Assembly (NCBI GenBank): GCA_041690135.1
Contig: JAWLHY010000009.1
Location: forward strand, 288,001-352,000
DNA: 64,000 bases
Reading direction: 5' to 3'
Source: Armatimonadota bacterium
GTDB lineage: Bacteria > Armatimonadota > SYMT01
The position numbers and the translations under genes are program-made. The notes below the pieces were generated by a model, which was not told the DNA's origin, ran no database searches, and saw nothing but the letters and a program-made list of their open reading frames with translations. Below, one piece after another: positions 28,682-38,261 of this stretch. The first letter of the stretch is position 1; each line of letters opens with the position of its first letter.

Positions 28682-29629
28682 TCAAATCGTACCCGTCACA
28701 GACGATAGCAGTTCCTGGATCGGCTTGAAGTGCAGCTTGGCCGCCCGTGCCAGCCCGGCGCGCCCGTGCTCTCGTAGCACGGTGCGGGCGGTCCGCTCCA
28801 GCGTGGTCACGTCCGAGGCGCCGCGGGGGAGCGGACCCGGCAGGCCGAACTCCTCCCCCAAGGTGACCAGGGCATCCGCGTAGGCGGCGCTGGCGAGAAT
28901 CGAAGCGGCCGCCACCGCCAGGCTGGCCGACTCGGCGCGGGGAAGCTGGCGGGGTCGGGGGAGGCCCACCTCGCGGAAAGCAGATTCCAGCACATCGAGC
29001 CGCTGGGCGAACTGGTCGCAGACGAACCGTCCCCCCGCCACGTCCCGAAGTGGTGCCGCGTTCTCCGCGTGCAGCGCCGCCAGCAGCAGGTTCAGATTGC
29101 CAATAGCGTCGTAGCGCCGGTTGTAGGCCTCGGGAAGGAGTACCGTCACCCGACGCCACTCTTCCGGTACGGCCCGGTCGATCTCGCCGGCCATCCGCTG
29201 CACCCCTACCGCGTTCAGTTTCTTGCTGTCGCAGACGCCGGCGCTCTGGAGCCGTTCCGCGGTAGGCTCGTCCAGGTACACGGCCGCCACCACGAGCGGC
29301 CCATACCAATCACCCTTGCCGGACTCGTCCATGCCGGCGTGGGGGAGGGGAATGGTGGCCTCGGTTTGCCGGGGAGCTTCGGCGGGAGCCGCCGGCGCCT
29401 GCGGGCGAACCGGGATGAGGCGACCGTCGATCCACATCTCCAACTCGGAGCGGAGATCGGAAGCGGCGCCGCCGGGCACCATCGCTCCCCGCTTGGGATA
29501 GTACGTGACCGTTGCCTTCTGGCGACCGTCCGTAATCACAATCTGCTCGCCGTAGGGCACCGGTTTGCCCGGCTGCCACGACCAGCCGCGGTCGGAAATG
29601 TAAGTCTTGAGTTGGTAGAGGCGGTTCAT
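28682..29629 (-). CDS. rnhC: Ribonuclease HIII
   Basis: GMDESGKGDWYGPLVVAAV, DSKKL, DQF, AVAAASILA, and KLHFK, plus an N-terminal extra domain typical of HIII. Confidence 0.88.
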   Translation of the reverse strand: MNRLYQLKTYISDRGWSWQPGKPVPYGEQIVITDGRQKATVTYYPKRGAMVPGGAASDLRSELEMWIDGRLIPVRPQAPAAPAEAPRQTEATIPLPHAGMDESGKGDWYGPLVVAAVYLDEPTAERLQSAGVCDSKKLNAVGVQRMAGEIDRAVPEEWRRVTVLLPEAYNRRYDAIGNLNLLLAALHAENAAPLRDVAGGRFVCDQFAQRLDVLESAFREVGLPRPRQLPRAESASLAVAAASILASAAYADALVTLGEEFGLPGPLPRGASDVTTLERTARTVLREHGRAGLARAAKLHFKPIQELLSSVTGTI

Positions 29630-29800
29630 GCGGGTTCTCCTGGGGACAGCCGTTCGATTATAACCGCCCGGATACCTTGGTTCCGCAGCCGCTGGGCGAG
29701 CTGCCACCGGTCGGAATGCCTCGAAATGGAGGAAAAGGAGTCCGAGCGGTGCCTGGCGGACTACCGTCAGGGCGCCTCGTCGCTCTGCTCTTTGACTCAG

Positions 29801-31381
29801 ATGAACCATCTATTCTCTTACCAGGGCTCAGCATGGGTTGGGGTGTTGCTGCTGTGGGGACTCTCGCAGCCAACCCGTGCCGAAGAGAGTCCTGCAGCGC
29901 AGCCAAAGCCGATTGCGGCTGTTAGCCGAAGCCTGGCCGATGAGAAACCCGAGGCCTTCCTGCGGCGGGCCTATCCGGGCAGCCGCGTAGCTCTCGATCC
30001 TCGTTTTGCGACAGCCAGTGGAGTCTTCCGGGCCTATTTCGTCGCCCTGTCCGACGGCCGGTTTGTGCGCGCCGAGTTGGAGACCCAGTTTCAGCAGGTG
30101 GCGACGCGAAAGGGGAACGGTGCCGCGCGTGCCTTCCTGGCGTTGACGGAGAAGCCGCTCCACTCGCCGTTCACCTGGAAGGTGGTGGCCGACGCCGCCG
30201 GTCCGGTACGCCTGGGCATGATGCCCGCCGCGATCTCGCAGGCGTGCGCCGAGTATCCCGTGCTGGTGGAGCGCGTGACTCGCAAGCGGAATGGCCAGGC
30301 CCGCCCCGTGCTGGCCGTCTCCCATTTCGGCAAGCCGCTCCTGCTGCTGGAAACCGCCGGTCCTACCGTGTCGCGGATCGAGGTCCTGGACCGTCGATTG
30401 ACAACCCCGCAGGGCCTGGGGTCCGGCAGTACTTTGAGTGAGCTCGCCGAGCGCTACGGGACCGGGGAACTGCTGCTGGGGCCGGAGGGGATCTCCGTGA
30501 TCTTCGCCTCGTCGTGCTCCGGGCGTGCCTTCAAGCTGGCGGAGCCCGCGCCCTCCCCTGGAACCGCGCTGCGCTGGGAGACACTGCTGAAGCGCAACCC
30601 ACAGGTGGCCTCGGTATGGGTGGCGGGGAGTGCCGGCGCCTTTGCGGCCGAGACCCGGGCGACCGGTCTTCCTCGCGCGCGGCAGAGCCGGGCCGGTGAG
30701 CCGGTGGAGGCCTTCCTGAAAAGGGCGTATCCGGGATGCACGACTGCGTATGACGCCTTCCGATCCAGCCCGCGTGAGGGTTACCGGCGATACCTGGTCC
30801 GCACCCCTGCGGGTGCCGTGGTCGCCGCGGAACTGAAGCCATCCCCAGTGGATTCACGGGGTGGTGGGACAAAGACTCTGGTTCTCACGCCGACCGAGGT
30901 CCGCCAGCCGTATACCTGGCAGGTGACTTCGCGGTCGCTGGGCCCGATTGGTCTCGGCATGCATGCAGCGCAGGTTGGGAAGGCGTGCGAGAGCTACGCC
31001 GTGACGCTCCAGCGGACCACGGTTCTGGATGAAGGCGAGTGGACCGCGGCGCTGGTGGTGAGCAGCTTCGGCAAGCCGCTTGCGGAGTTGGTGCTGAGCG
31101 CCCGGAACGATGTGGAATTCATCCGGGTCCGCGATCCCCGATTGAAGACCCCCCAGAGCGCGGGCGTGGGGACCTCCGTGCGCGAACTGGCCCGGCTCTA
31201 CGGCACGGGTGAGGTGTTGCTCGAAGAGGGCGACGTCAGCGTGGTGTTCGATCGCCGCTGTCCCGGTCGCATTTTCCGCCTGGTGAAAGCGGGCAAGGCA
31301 CCATTGCCGAACCCGAACTGGAAATCGCTGGTGAAGGCTAATGCAAAGGTGGACACCCTCTGGGTGGTGGGGCAGGAATAG
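29801..31381 (+). CDS. Secreted hypothetical protein made of two about 250-aa tandem repeats
   Basis: Signal-like VGVLLLWGLSQPTRA. EAFLxRAYPG, GPxxLGM, VSxFGKPL, DxRLxTPQ and ELAxxYGTGE each occur twice. Start may be 29726. Confidence 0.72.
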   Translation: MNHLFSYQGSAWVGVLLLWGLSQPTRAEESPAAQPKPIAAVSRSLADEKPEAFLRRAYPGSRVALDPRFATASGVFRAYFVALSDGRFVRAELETQFQQVATRKGNGAARAFLALTEKPLHSPFTWKVVADAAGPVRLGMMPAAISQACAEYPVLVERVTRKRNGQARPVLAVSHFGKPLLLLETAGPTVSRIEVLDRRLTTPQGLGSGSTLSELAERYGTGELLLGPEGISVIFASSCSGRAFKLAEPAPSPGTALRWETLLKRNPQVASVWVAGSAGAFAAETRATGLPRARQSRAGEPVEAFLKRAYPGCTTAYDAFRSSPREGYRRYLVRTPAGAVVAAELKPSPVDSRGGGTKTLVLTPTEVRQPYTWQVTSRSLGPIGLGMHAAQVGKACESYAVTLQRTTVLDEGEWTAALVVSSFGKPLAELVLSARNDVEFIRVRDPRLKTPQSAGVGTSVRELARLYGTGEVLLEEGDVSVVFDRRCPGRIFRLVKAGKAPLPNPNWKSLVKANAKVDTLWVVGQE

Positions 31382-31466
31382 AAAAGGAGGCACCCCTGCC
31401 GCGTACATCGAAGCACGAAGGACAAATACGGCTCACTCCTAACTCAGGGGAGGGGGATTAGAGTAG

Positions 31467-32825
31467 ATGAAACGGCTCGCGGGACTCTGGTTGTTTGCGG
31501 CTACCTTCACGCCGCTTGCCGTGGCACAGGGTCAGGGCAGTGCGGACAACTGGCCCTCCTTCCGAGGGGCGGGGGCGCGGGGCATCGCCGAGGGGCACCG
31601 CACCCCTACCGAATGGGATGTGGAAACGGGTCAGAACGTCCTCTGGCGCACTCCCATCCCCGGCCTGGGGCACTCCAGTCCCATCCTCTGGGGCGACCGC
31701 GTTTACGTCACCACGGCGGTGAGCGGCCGGGATAACCCGGAGCTGAAAGTCGGCCTCTACGGCGACATCGCTCCCGTGCAGGACGACTCGGTCCACCGGT
31801 GGAAGGTCTACTGCCTGGACCGCAAGTCCGGCCGGGTGCGGTGGGATCGGACGGCCCATGCGGGTGCGCCGAAGGTCAAGCGCCACACCAAGGCCACGCA
31901 CGCCAACTCCACCATGGCGACGGACGGCAAACACGTGGTCGCCTTCTTCGGCTCCGAGGGGCTCTACTGCTACGACCCGGAAGGGAAGCTGCTCTGGAAG
32001 CGCGACTTCGGGGTCCTGGACTCCGGCTACTTCGCGGTCCCGGCGGCGCAGTGGGGCTTTGCCAGTTCGCCCGTGATCTGGAAGGACCGGGTGATCGTGC
32101 AATGCGACGTCCAGAAGGGATCGTTCCTGGCGGCACTCGACCTGAAGAGCGGTCGCGAGCTCTGGCGCACTGACCGTCGCGACGTGCCCACCTGGAGCAC
32201 CCCCACCGTCCACGAAGCGAGCGGCCGGGCGCAGGTGATCGTGAACGGGTGGAAGCACATCGGCGGCTATGACGCCGGCAACGGCGCGGAACTGTGGAAG
32301 CTGGTCGGCGGCGGCGACATCCCGGTTCCCACCCCGGTGGTGGCGCACGGCCTGATCTTCATCACCAACGCCCACGGGCGCATGGCCCCGATCTACGCGG
32401 TCCGCACGAACGCGGAAGGGGAGATCTCCCTGAAGGAAGGGGAGACGGCCAACGCCCACATTCCCTGGAGCACCCACCGGGACGGCGCCTACATGCAGAC
32501 GCCGCTGGTTTACGGGGATTATCTGTACGTCTGCCGCGACAACGGCGTGCTGAGCTGCTACGAAGCCCGGACCGGCAAGCGGCTCTACCAGGAACGCCTC
32601 GGTCCCGCCGGCCGGACCGGCTACACCGCCTCCGGCGTGGCCGCCGACGGGAAGCTCTACTACACGAGCGAGGATGGGGACGTTTTCATCATCCAGGCTG
32701 GCCCCGAGTTCAAGAAGCTCGGAACCCACACGCTCGGGGAGACCTGCCTCGCCACCCCCGCTATCTCACGCGGCACCCTCTTCTTCCGCACCCGGGGTCA
32801 CCTCCTCGCCATCCGTTCGCGGTAG
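31467..32825 (+). CDS. PQQ-binding-like (BamB/PQQ_2) beta-propeller protein
   Basis: Signal peptide, NWPSFRG, WRTPIPGLGHSSPILWGDRVYVT, WGFASSP, WSTP, and ATPAIS. Confidence 0.9.
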   Translation: MKRLAGLWLFAATFTPLAVAQGQGSADNWPSFRGAGARGIAEGHRTPTEWDVETGQNVLWRTPIPGLGHSSPILWGDRVYVTTAVSGRDNPELKVGLYGDIAPVQDDSVHRWKVYCLDRKSGRVRWDRTAHAGAPKVKRHTKATHANSTMATDGKHVVAFFGSEGLYCYDPEGKLLWKRDFGVLDSGYFAVPAAQWGFASSPVIWKDRVIVQCDVQKGSFLAALDLKSGRELWRTDRRDVPTWSTPTVHEASGRAQVIVNGWKHIGGYDAGNGAELWKLVGGGDIPVPTPVVAHGLIFITNAHGRMAPIYAVRTNAEGEISLKEGETANAHIPWSTHRDGAYMQTPLVYGDYLYVCRDNGVLSCYEARTGKRLYQERLGPAGRTGYTASGVAADGKLYYTSEDGDVFIIQAGPEFKKLGTHTLGETCLATPAISRGTLFFRTRGHLLAIRSR

Positions 32826-32850
32826 TGCGGTTTGGCAGGACGGGATCTGC

Positions 32851-32930
32851 GTTGAAGGTTGAAAGTTGAAGCCCCCTCGGGGGCCAGGGGTTGAAGGTTA
32901 AAGGTTAGGACCCCTGTGGTCGCTACGGGT
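32851..32930 (+). repeat. Dispersed element, family B copy 2 (3' of the beta-propeller gene)
   Basis: GTTGAAG GTTGAAA GTTGAAGCCCCCTCGGGGGCCAGGGGTTGAAGG...CTGTGGTCGCTACGGGT. Confidence 0.65.
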
Positions 32931-33159
32931 GCGGTATGCCATCCGGCAAGACAGGTACAAGCCCAGAACCAGGCGGTGACGGAGCATCCCGCCCTACTTC
33001 TGCCAGTGCGAGGACAAAGGCCACGCCGTTCACCGGGCGCCGCGCCTCACGGGATTCGTGGTGCGAAGCGGGCATCGATAAGCGGCCCTTTCGTGTCGGG
33101 CGACCCACCAACTGTCAGGCTTCAGCGAGGCATTCCGGGCTTACCCTCTTTCGGTTCCT

Positions 33160-33214
33160 CTTTGCGTCTTGGCGCCTTTGCGAGAGACTCCCCTTCCGAC
33201 TACCTTTGCGTGAG
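33160..33214. repeat. Octamer repeats CTT(T/G)GCG(T/C/A)
   Basis: CTTTGCGT CTTGGCGC CTTTGCGA...CTTTGCGTGAG. Confidence 0.45.
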
Positions 33215-33222
33215 CGTGTCGG

Positions 33223-34710
33223 CTAGCCCACCAGGTCCTTGATCACGTGCGCCGGTTCGACGCCGGTGAGCTTCTGGTCCAGGCCCTGGTACTTGAACGT
33301 GAACCGGTCGTGGTCCATGCCCAGCAGGTGCAGCACCGTGGCGTGGAAGTCGCGGATATGGACCGGGTCCTTGACGATGTTGTAGGAGAAGTCGTCCGTT
33401 TCCCCGTAGACCTGGCCGCCCCGAGCTCCGCCGCCGGCCATCCACATCGTGTAACAGCGCGGGTGGTGGTCGCGGCCGTAGTTCTCGCGCGAGAGTCCGC
33501 CCTGGGAGTAGATGGTCCGCCCGAACTCCCCGCCCCAGATGATCAGCGTGTCCTCGAAGAGACCCCGCTGCTTCAGGTCCTGAACCAGGCCCCAGCACGG
33601 CTGGTCCACGTCCTTGCACTGGCTCGGCAGGCGCCCGGCCACGTTGGAGTGGGTGTCCCAGTTGTTGTGGTAGATCTGGATGAAGCGCACGCCGCGTTCG
33701 GCCATCCGGCGCGCCAGCAGCACGCTGTGGGCGAAGCTGCCCGCGTTCTTGGCCTCCTCACCGTACAGCTTGTAGGTGCTCTCCGGCTCCTTGGAGGTGT
33801 CGGTCAACTCCGGCACGCTGGCCTGCATCCGGAACGCGAGCTCGTACTGCTGGATGCGGGTGTGTGTTTCTTCGTCGCCGACCGTCTTGAAGTTGAGCTG
33901 GTTGAGGGATCGCAGCGTGTCCAGCGTGCGCCGGCGGACTTCCGTGGGCACTCCGGGCGGATTGTTGATGTAGAGGATGGGATCTCCCGCCGAGCGGAAC
34001 GACACCCCGGCGTGTTCCCCGGAAAGGTACCCGGAGGACCAGAGCCGCGCCGAGATCGCCTGGACCTGCTCCTGGTTGGAGGGGCGGGCCACCAGCACCA
34101 CGAACGTCGGCAGGTTCTGGTTCATCGAGCCGAGGCCGTAGCTCGCCCACGCGCCCAGGCAGGGCCGGCCGGTGATCTGGTTGCCGGTCTGCATGTAGGT
34201 GATGGCCGGCTCGTGGTTGATCGCCTCCGTGTGCATGCTGCGGATGAAGCACATGTCGTCGGCCATCTTCGCCGTATAGGGCAGCAGCTCGCTGATCCAC
34301 ATTCCACCCTGCCCGTACTGCGCGAACTTGTACTTGGAAGGCGCGATGGGGAAGCGTGCCTGGCCGGAGGTCATCGTCGTCAACCGCTGGCCGCGGCGGA
34401 TCGAATCCGGGAGGTCCTTGTCGTAGAACTCCTGCATCTTCGGCTTGTAGTCGTACAGGTCCATCTGGGGCGGACCTCCGACCATGTGCAGGTAGATCAC
34501 CCGCTTGGCCCTGGGCGCGAAGTGGGGGCCGATCGCGCCCGCGACCTTCGCCGCGGCGTCACCTGCCGCGGGCGCGCCGTTCTTCTGCGCCGCCTCCGCC
34601 TCGTGCATGCCGAGGGCGGTGAGGGCCGCCCATCCCAGGGCATTCCCGCCACGGCGCAGGAACTGCCGCCGCGTTTCCAATCGAACCCATTCTTCTAAAT
34701 CAGGGTGCAT
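33223..34710 (-). CDS. DUF1501 protein
   Basis: TRRQFL, AKRVIYLHMVGGPPQMD, LARRMAERGVRFIQ, WDTH, and WGGEFGRT. Confidence 0.92.
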   Translation of the reverse strand: MHPDLEEWVRLETRRQFLRRGGNALGWAALTALGMHEAEAAQKNGAPAAGDAAAKVAGAIGPHFAPRAKRVIYLHMVGGPPQMDLYDYKPKMQEFYDKDLPDSIRRGQRLTTMTSGQARFPIAPSKYKFAQYGQGGMWISELLPYTAKMADDMCFIRSMHTEAINHEPAITYMQTGNQITGRPCLGAWASYGLGSMNQNLPTFVVLVARPSNQEQVQAISARLWSSGYLSGEHAGVSFRSAGDPILYINNPPGVPTEVRRRTLDTLRSLNQLNFKTVGDEETHTRIQQYELAFRMQASVPELTDTSKEPESTYKLYGEEAKNAGSFAHSVLLARRMAERGVRFIQIYHNNWDTHSNVAGRLPSQCKDVDQPCWGLVQDLKQRGLFEDTLIIWGGEFGRTIYSQGGLSRENYGRDHHPRCYTMWMAGGGARGGQVYGETDDFSYNIVKDPVHIRDFHATVLHLLGMDHDRFTFKYQGLDQKLTGVEPAHVIKDLVG

Positions 34711-34733
34711 GGTTCACCTCTTGCTGGGATCAG

Positions 34734-34936
34734 TTTTCGACACAGAGGGACACAGAGATTACAGAGAAACACGGAATTGGAAGCAGTATGTTTTGGAGAA
34801 ACAGGCCTGTGGCAACCGGTTAGCACCTGCACAGGGTAGCACCCCCGACCTATCCCCCGGGTAGCAGGCAATCAAGAGTGCCTGTTCGGTTCCTCTGTGT
34901 TCCTTCTGTTCCGTCTGTGTCCTTCTGTGTCGAAAA
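34734..34936. repeat. MITE-like element with 23-bp terminal inverted repeats built from ACACAGAG-type 9-mers
   Basis: TTTTCGACACAGAGGGACACAGA ... TCTGTGTCCTTCTGTGTCGAAAA (one mismatch). Confidence 0.65.
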
Positions 34937-34962
34937 TAGTCACCGTCAAAAACAAGCAAACG

Positions 34963-37900
34963 TTATTTGTTCAGGACCTCGTCGAGGTTCATCAACTGGT
35001 TGGTCACCATTGTCCAGGCGGCGAGTAGCTCCGGCTGGATGGAGGCGTCGGCCTTCGACTCGCCCACGGTGATGAGTTGGACCGCGTCCTTGGCCTGCGA
35101 CTTGTAGTAGGCCTCCAGGTCCGCCACGCTCTTTTTCACGACGGTCATCTCCTCCGGCCGGAGCGGCCGCGCCAGCAGGCGCAGGGCCAGGAAGTTGACG
35201 CGGCTCTCGACGGTGGCCCCGCCCTCTTTGAGCGCCCGCTGCGCCAGGTGGCGCGCCGCCTCCACGAACTGCGGATCGTTCAGCGTCACCAGCGCCTGGA
35301 GCGGGGTATTGGTGCGCTCCCGGCGGACGGTGCACGTCTCGCGGCTCGGGGCGTTGAAGATGTCCATGGAGGCCGGCGGCGCGCTCCGCTTCCAGAAGGT
35401 GTACATGCTCCGCCGGTAGAGGTTCTCGCCGGTGTCGCGGCGGTAGTCCCGGGTGTTGCTCCCGATCATCGCCACCGCCTCCCACACGCCTTCCGGCTGG
35501 TACGGCTTCACGCTTGGCCCCCCCAGCTTCGGCACCAGCAGCCCGCTCGCGGCCAGGGCGTAGTCTCGGATTACTTCAGCGTCCATCCGGAACCGGGGCC
35601 CGCGGGAGAGAAGCCGGTTCGCCCGGTCCTTCAGGCGCTTCTCCGGCGTGGTCACCGCGGACTGCCGGTACGTGGCGGAGGTCACCAGCAGCTTGAAGAA
35701 CTTCTTCACGTCCCAGCCGCCTTCGCGGAACTCCACGGCCATCCAGTCCAGCAGTTCCGGATGCGAGGGCAGTTCGCCGGTGATGCCGAAGTCGCCCGTC
35801 GTGGCCACCAGACCCGTGCCGAACAGCTCCTGCCAGAAGCGGTTCACCGTCACCCGGGTGGTGAGGGGGTGCTCCGGCAGCAGCAGCCACTTCGCGAAGC
35901 CCAGGCGGTTCTTCGGGAAGTCCGGCGGCATTGCGGGCAGGATGTCGGGCGTATCCGCCTTCACCGGGTCCTTCCGCTGGTCGTACTCCCCGCGGAACAG
36001 GATGTACGCCATGGCCGCCTCGTTCTTCTCGTTGGCCACGTGCGCGATGGTGCCGCGGGCGCGGATGTTCCGGTCTTCGCTCTCGAGAGACGTCAATTTC
36101 GCCGCGATCGGCTTGTACTGGTCGTCCAGCGCGGGGAGCCACCAGTTGAACAGCTCGTCCTTCTCCTTGGGAGAAAGCTGCTTGGCGCCTCGCGAGGCGA
36201 GCCACGCTGCCCGGGTGCCGCGCATCACCTGCTCGACCTCGGCCTCGGAGAGGCTGCGGTCGTAGAGGCGGATGTCGTGCACACCCAGGTTCTCGATGTG
36301 CGAGGTGGTGTGGCGCTGGGCGATCTTGAGCGGGACCTTCGTTCGGATGGTGCTCTTCAGCGCGTTCGCCTGGGCATCGTGCGGCTTCGGTTCTCCGTCG
36401 ACGTAGATCTTCACCGAGTCCGGCTTCGCGCCGCCGTTGTAGGTGATCGTGACGTGGTACCACTGGTTGGCGCGGAGCCGGTCGCGCATCACCACCTTCA
36501 GGGCGTCCTCGGGCCACTTGTTGATGATGTGCGTCCCGATCCGGTTGCCTTCCACCCACAGGTCCCACCCGCGGAAGTCATTCTGGTCGTCCATCCGCGC
36601 GATGATGGCGCCGCCGGTGCTGCCGGAGGGAAGCCGGACCCAGGCCGAGCAGGTGAAGCCCTGGTCTTTCTCGAAGTCGCCGGCCTCAGGGATCTGCACG
36701 TCCGCTCCCGGCTTGCGCTGGAATGCGCGGCCCGCGACCTGCCCGGCGATCCACCCGGGATCCCCGGCGGCGGTGAGCTTGACGGCCCGGCCGTCGACCG
36801 TGACGTTGAGGTCCTTGCCCTTGCCTTCGTCCAGCGGCGCGTGGAAGCGGAGGCCGTTCTTCGGAATCTGGGCCGTCACCGCGAGGGCGCTGGCGCCGTT
36901 CAGCCACTGTTCGAAGTCGGCGCGGGCGGCCTGCTTGCGGGCGTCGGACTGCATCCGGACTGCCTGCAGCTCCTTCTGGAGCGCATCGAACCGCTCCCGG
37001 TCTTCGGGCTTGGGCACGGCGATGATCGGCGGCGTGTCCTTGATGTTGCCGTCCATGGCGCCCTGCGTCGTGTTATTGAAGAAGGCCGCCATCTCGTAGA
37101 ACTCCCGCTGGCTCAGCGGGTCGAACTTGTGGTCGTGGCACGTCGCGCAGCCGGCGGTGGCGCCCATCCACACGGCCGCGGTGGTCTCCGTGCGGTCCCG
37201 GGTGTAGAGGACCAGGTACTCCTCCGGGATTACCCCGCCTTCGTTGGTGGTGATGTTGCACCGGTTGAAGCCAGTCGCCACCAGTTGGTCCACGGTCGGC
37301 TTGGGGAGCAGGTCGCCGGCGAGCTGCTCGATGGTGAACTGGTCGAACGGCAGGTTCCGGTTGAAGGCGCGGATCACCCAGTCCCGGTAGGCCCAGATTT
37401 CGCGGTAGTTGTCGAAGTGGATGCCGTGCGTGTCTGCGTAGCGGGCGGCATCCAGCCAGTAGCGGCCGCGGTGCTCGCCCCAGTGCGGGCTGGCCAGGAA
37501 CTTATCGACGAGCTTCTCGTAGGCGTTCGGGCTCTTGTCTTTGACGAACCGCTCCACGTCGGCGGGGTCCGGCGGGAGGCCGGTCAGATCGAGGCTAAGC
37601 CGGCGCGCCAGGGTCCGGCGGTCCGCTTCCAGCGCCGGTTTCAGCCCAGCCGCCTCGAGCTTTGCCAGGACGAAGCGGTCGATCGGGTTCCGGGACCACT
37701 TCTTATCCTTGACGGCCGGCAATGCGGGTCGGGTGGGGGGGATGTACGACCAGTGTCGTTCGTAGGTCGCGCCCTGGGCGATCCAACGCTTGAGGGTATC
37801 GATCTGCTGGGCCGTCAGCTTCTTATGCGAGCTGGGCGGCGGCATCAGCAGGCTGGAGTCCTTGGTGATCAGGCGCGCTACCAGGGCGCTCGCGTCCGGC

Positions 37901-38259
37901 TTACCGGGAACGAACACGCTCCGGGCCAGCGCATCCTCGCGCCGGTCCAGCCGGAGGTCCGCTTTCCGGGCCGCGGAGTCGGGGCCGTGGCAGGCAAAGC
38001 AGTTGTCGGCCAGGATCGGGCGCACGTCGCGGTTGTACTGCACGGTGCCGGCACCCGGTTTTGCATTACCGCCGCCGGCCGGTTTGGCACCTGCCTTGCG
38101 GGTGGGCGCTGCAGCCTGGACCGGCGCCTTCTTCGTTTGCGCGGTCTTAGGAGGTGCGGCCGGTGCCGCCTCCGACCACATCGCCGCGGCGAGCGGTACC
38201 AGCGTCACGGCGGCCCAGCCGAAGGTCTTTCGATAATGGCTTCTGTTCCGGTTGCTCAT
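34963..38259 (-). CDS. Planctomycete cytochrome c / DUF1549 / LamG / DUF1553 protein, copy 2
   Basis: CFACHG, WLDAARYADT, CATCHDHKFDP, central LamG-like FTCSAWV...QWYHVTITY...IYVDG, and HPLTTRVTVNR. Confidence 0.92.
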   Translation of the reverse strand: MSNRNRSHYRKTFGWAAVTLVPLAAAMWSEAAPAAPPKTAQTKKAPVQAAAPTRKAGAKPAGGGNAKPGAGTVQYNRDVRPILADNCFACHGPDSAARKADLRLDRREDALARSVFVPGKPDASALVARLITKDSSLLMPPPSSHKKLTAQQIDTLKRWIAQGATYERHWSYIPPTRPALPAVKDKKWSRNPIDRFVLAKLEAAGLKPALEADRRTLARRLSLDLTGLPPDPADVERFVKDKSPNAYEKLVDKFLASPHWGEHRGRYWLDAARYADTHGIHFDNYREIWAYRDWVIRAFNRNLPFDQFTIEQLAGDLLPKPTVDQLVATGFNRCNITTNEGGVIPEEYLVLYTRDRTETTAAVWMGATAGCATCHDHKFDPLSQREFYEMAAFFNNTTQGAMDGNIKDTPPIIAVPKPEDRERFDALQKELQAVRMQSDARKQAARADFEQWLNGASALAVTAQIPKNGLRFHAPLDEGKGKDLNVTVDGRAVKLTAAGDPGWIAGQVAGRAFQRKPGADVQIPEAGDFEKDQGFTCSAWVRLPSGSTGGAIIARMDDQNDFRGWDLWVEGNRIGTHIINKWPEDALKVVMRDRLRANQWYHVTITYNGGAKPDSVKIYVDGEPKPHDAQANALKSTIRTKVPLKIAQRHTTSHIENLGVHDIRLYDRSLSEAEVEQVMRGTRAAWLASRGAKQLSPKEKDELFNWWLPALDDQYKPIAAKLTSLESEDRNIRARGTIAHVANEKNEAAMAYILFRGEYDQRKDPVKADTPDILPAMPPDFPKNRLGFAKWLLLPEHPLTTRVTVNRFWQELFGTGLVATTGDFGITGELPSHPELLDWMAVEFREGGWDVKKFFKLLVTSATYRQSAVTTPEKRLKDRANRLLSRGPRFRMDAEVIRDYALAASGLLVPKLGGPSVKPYQPEGVWEAVAMIGSNTRDYRRDTGENLYRRSMYTFWKRSAPPASMDIFNAPSRETCTVRRERTNTPLQALVTLNDPQFVEAARHLAQRALKEGGATVESRVNFLALRLLARPLRPEEMTVVKKSVADLEAYYKSQAKDAVQLITVGESKADASIQPELLAAWTMVTNQLMNLDEVLNK

Positions 38260-38261
38260 AA

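Noticed and set aside
29069-29800. N-terminal extensions of the 770-aa ORF and of rnhC given in the ORF track
   Set aside because: They overlap each other. Downstream starts give sensible proteins and a divergent promoter gap. The same applies to the extensions at 44190 and 53427.
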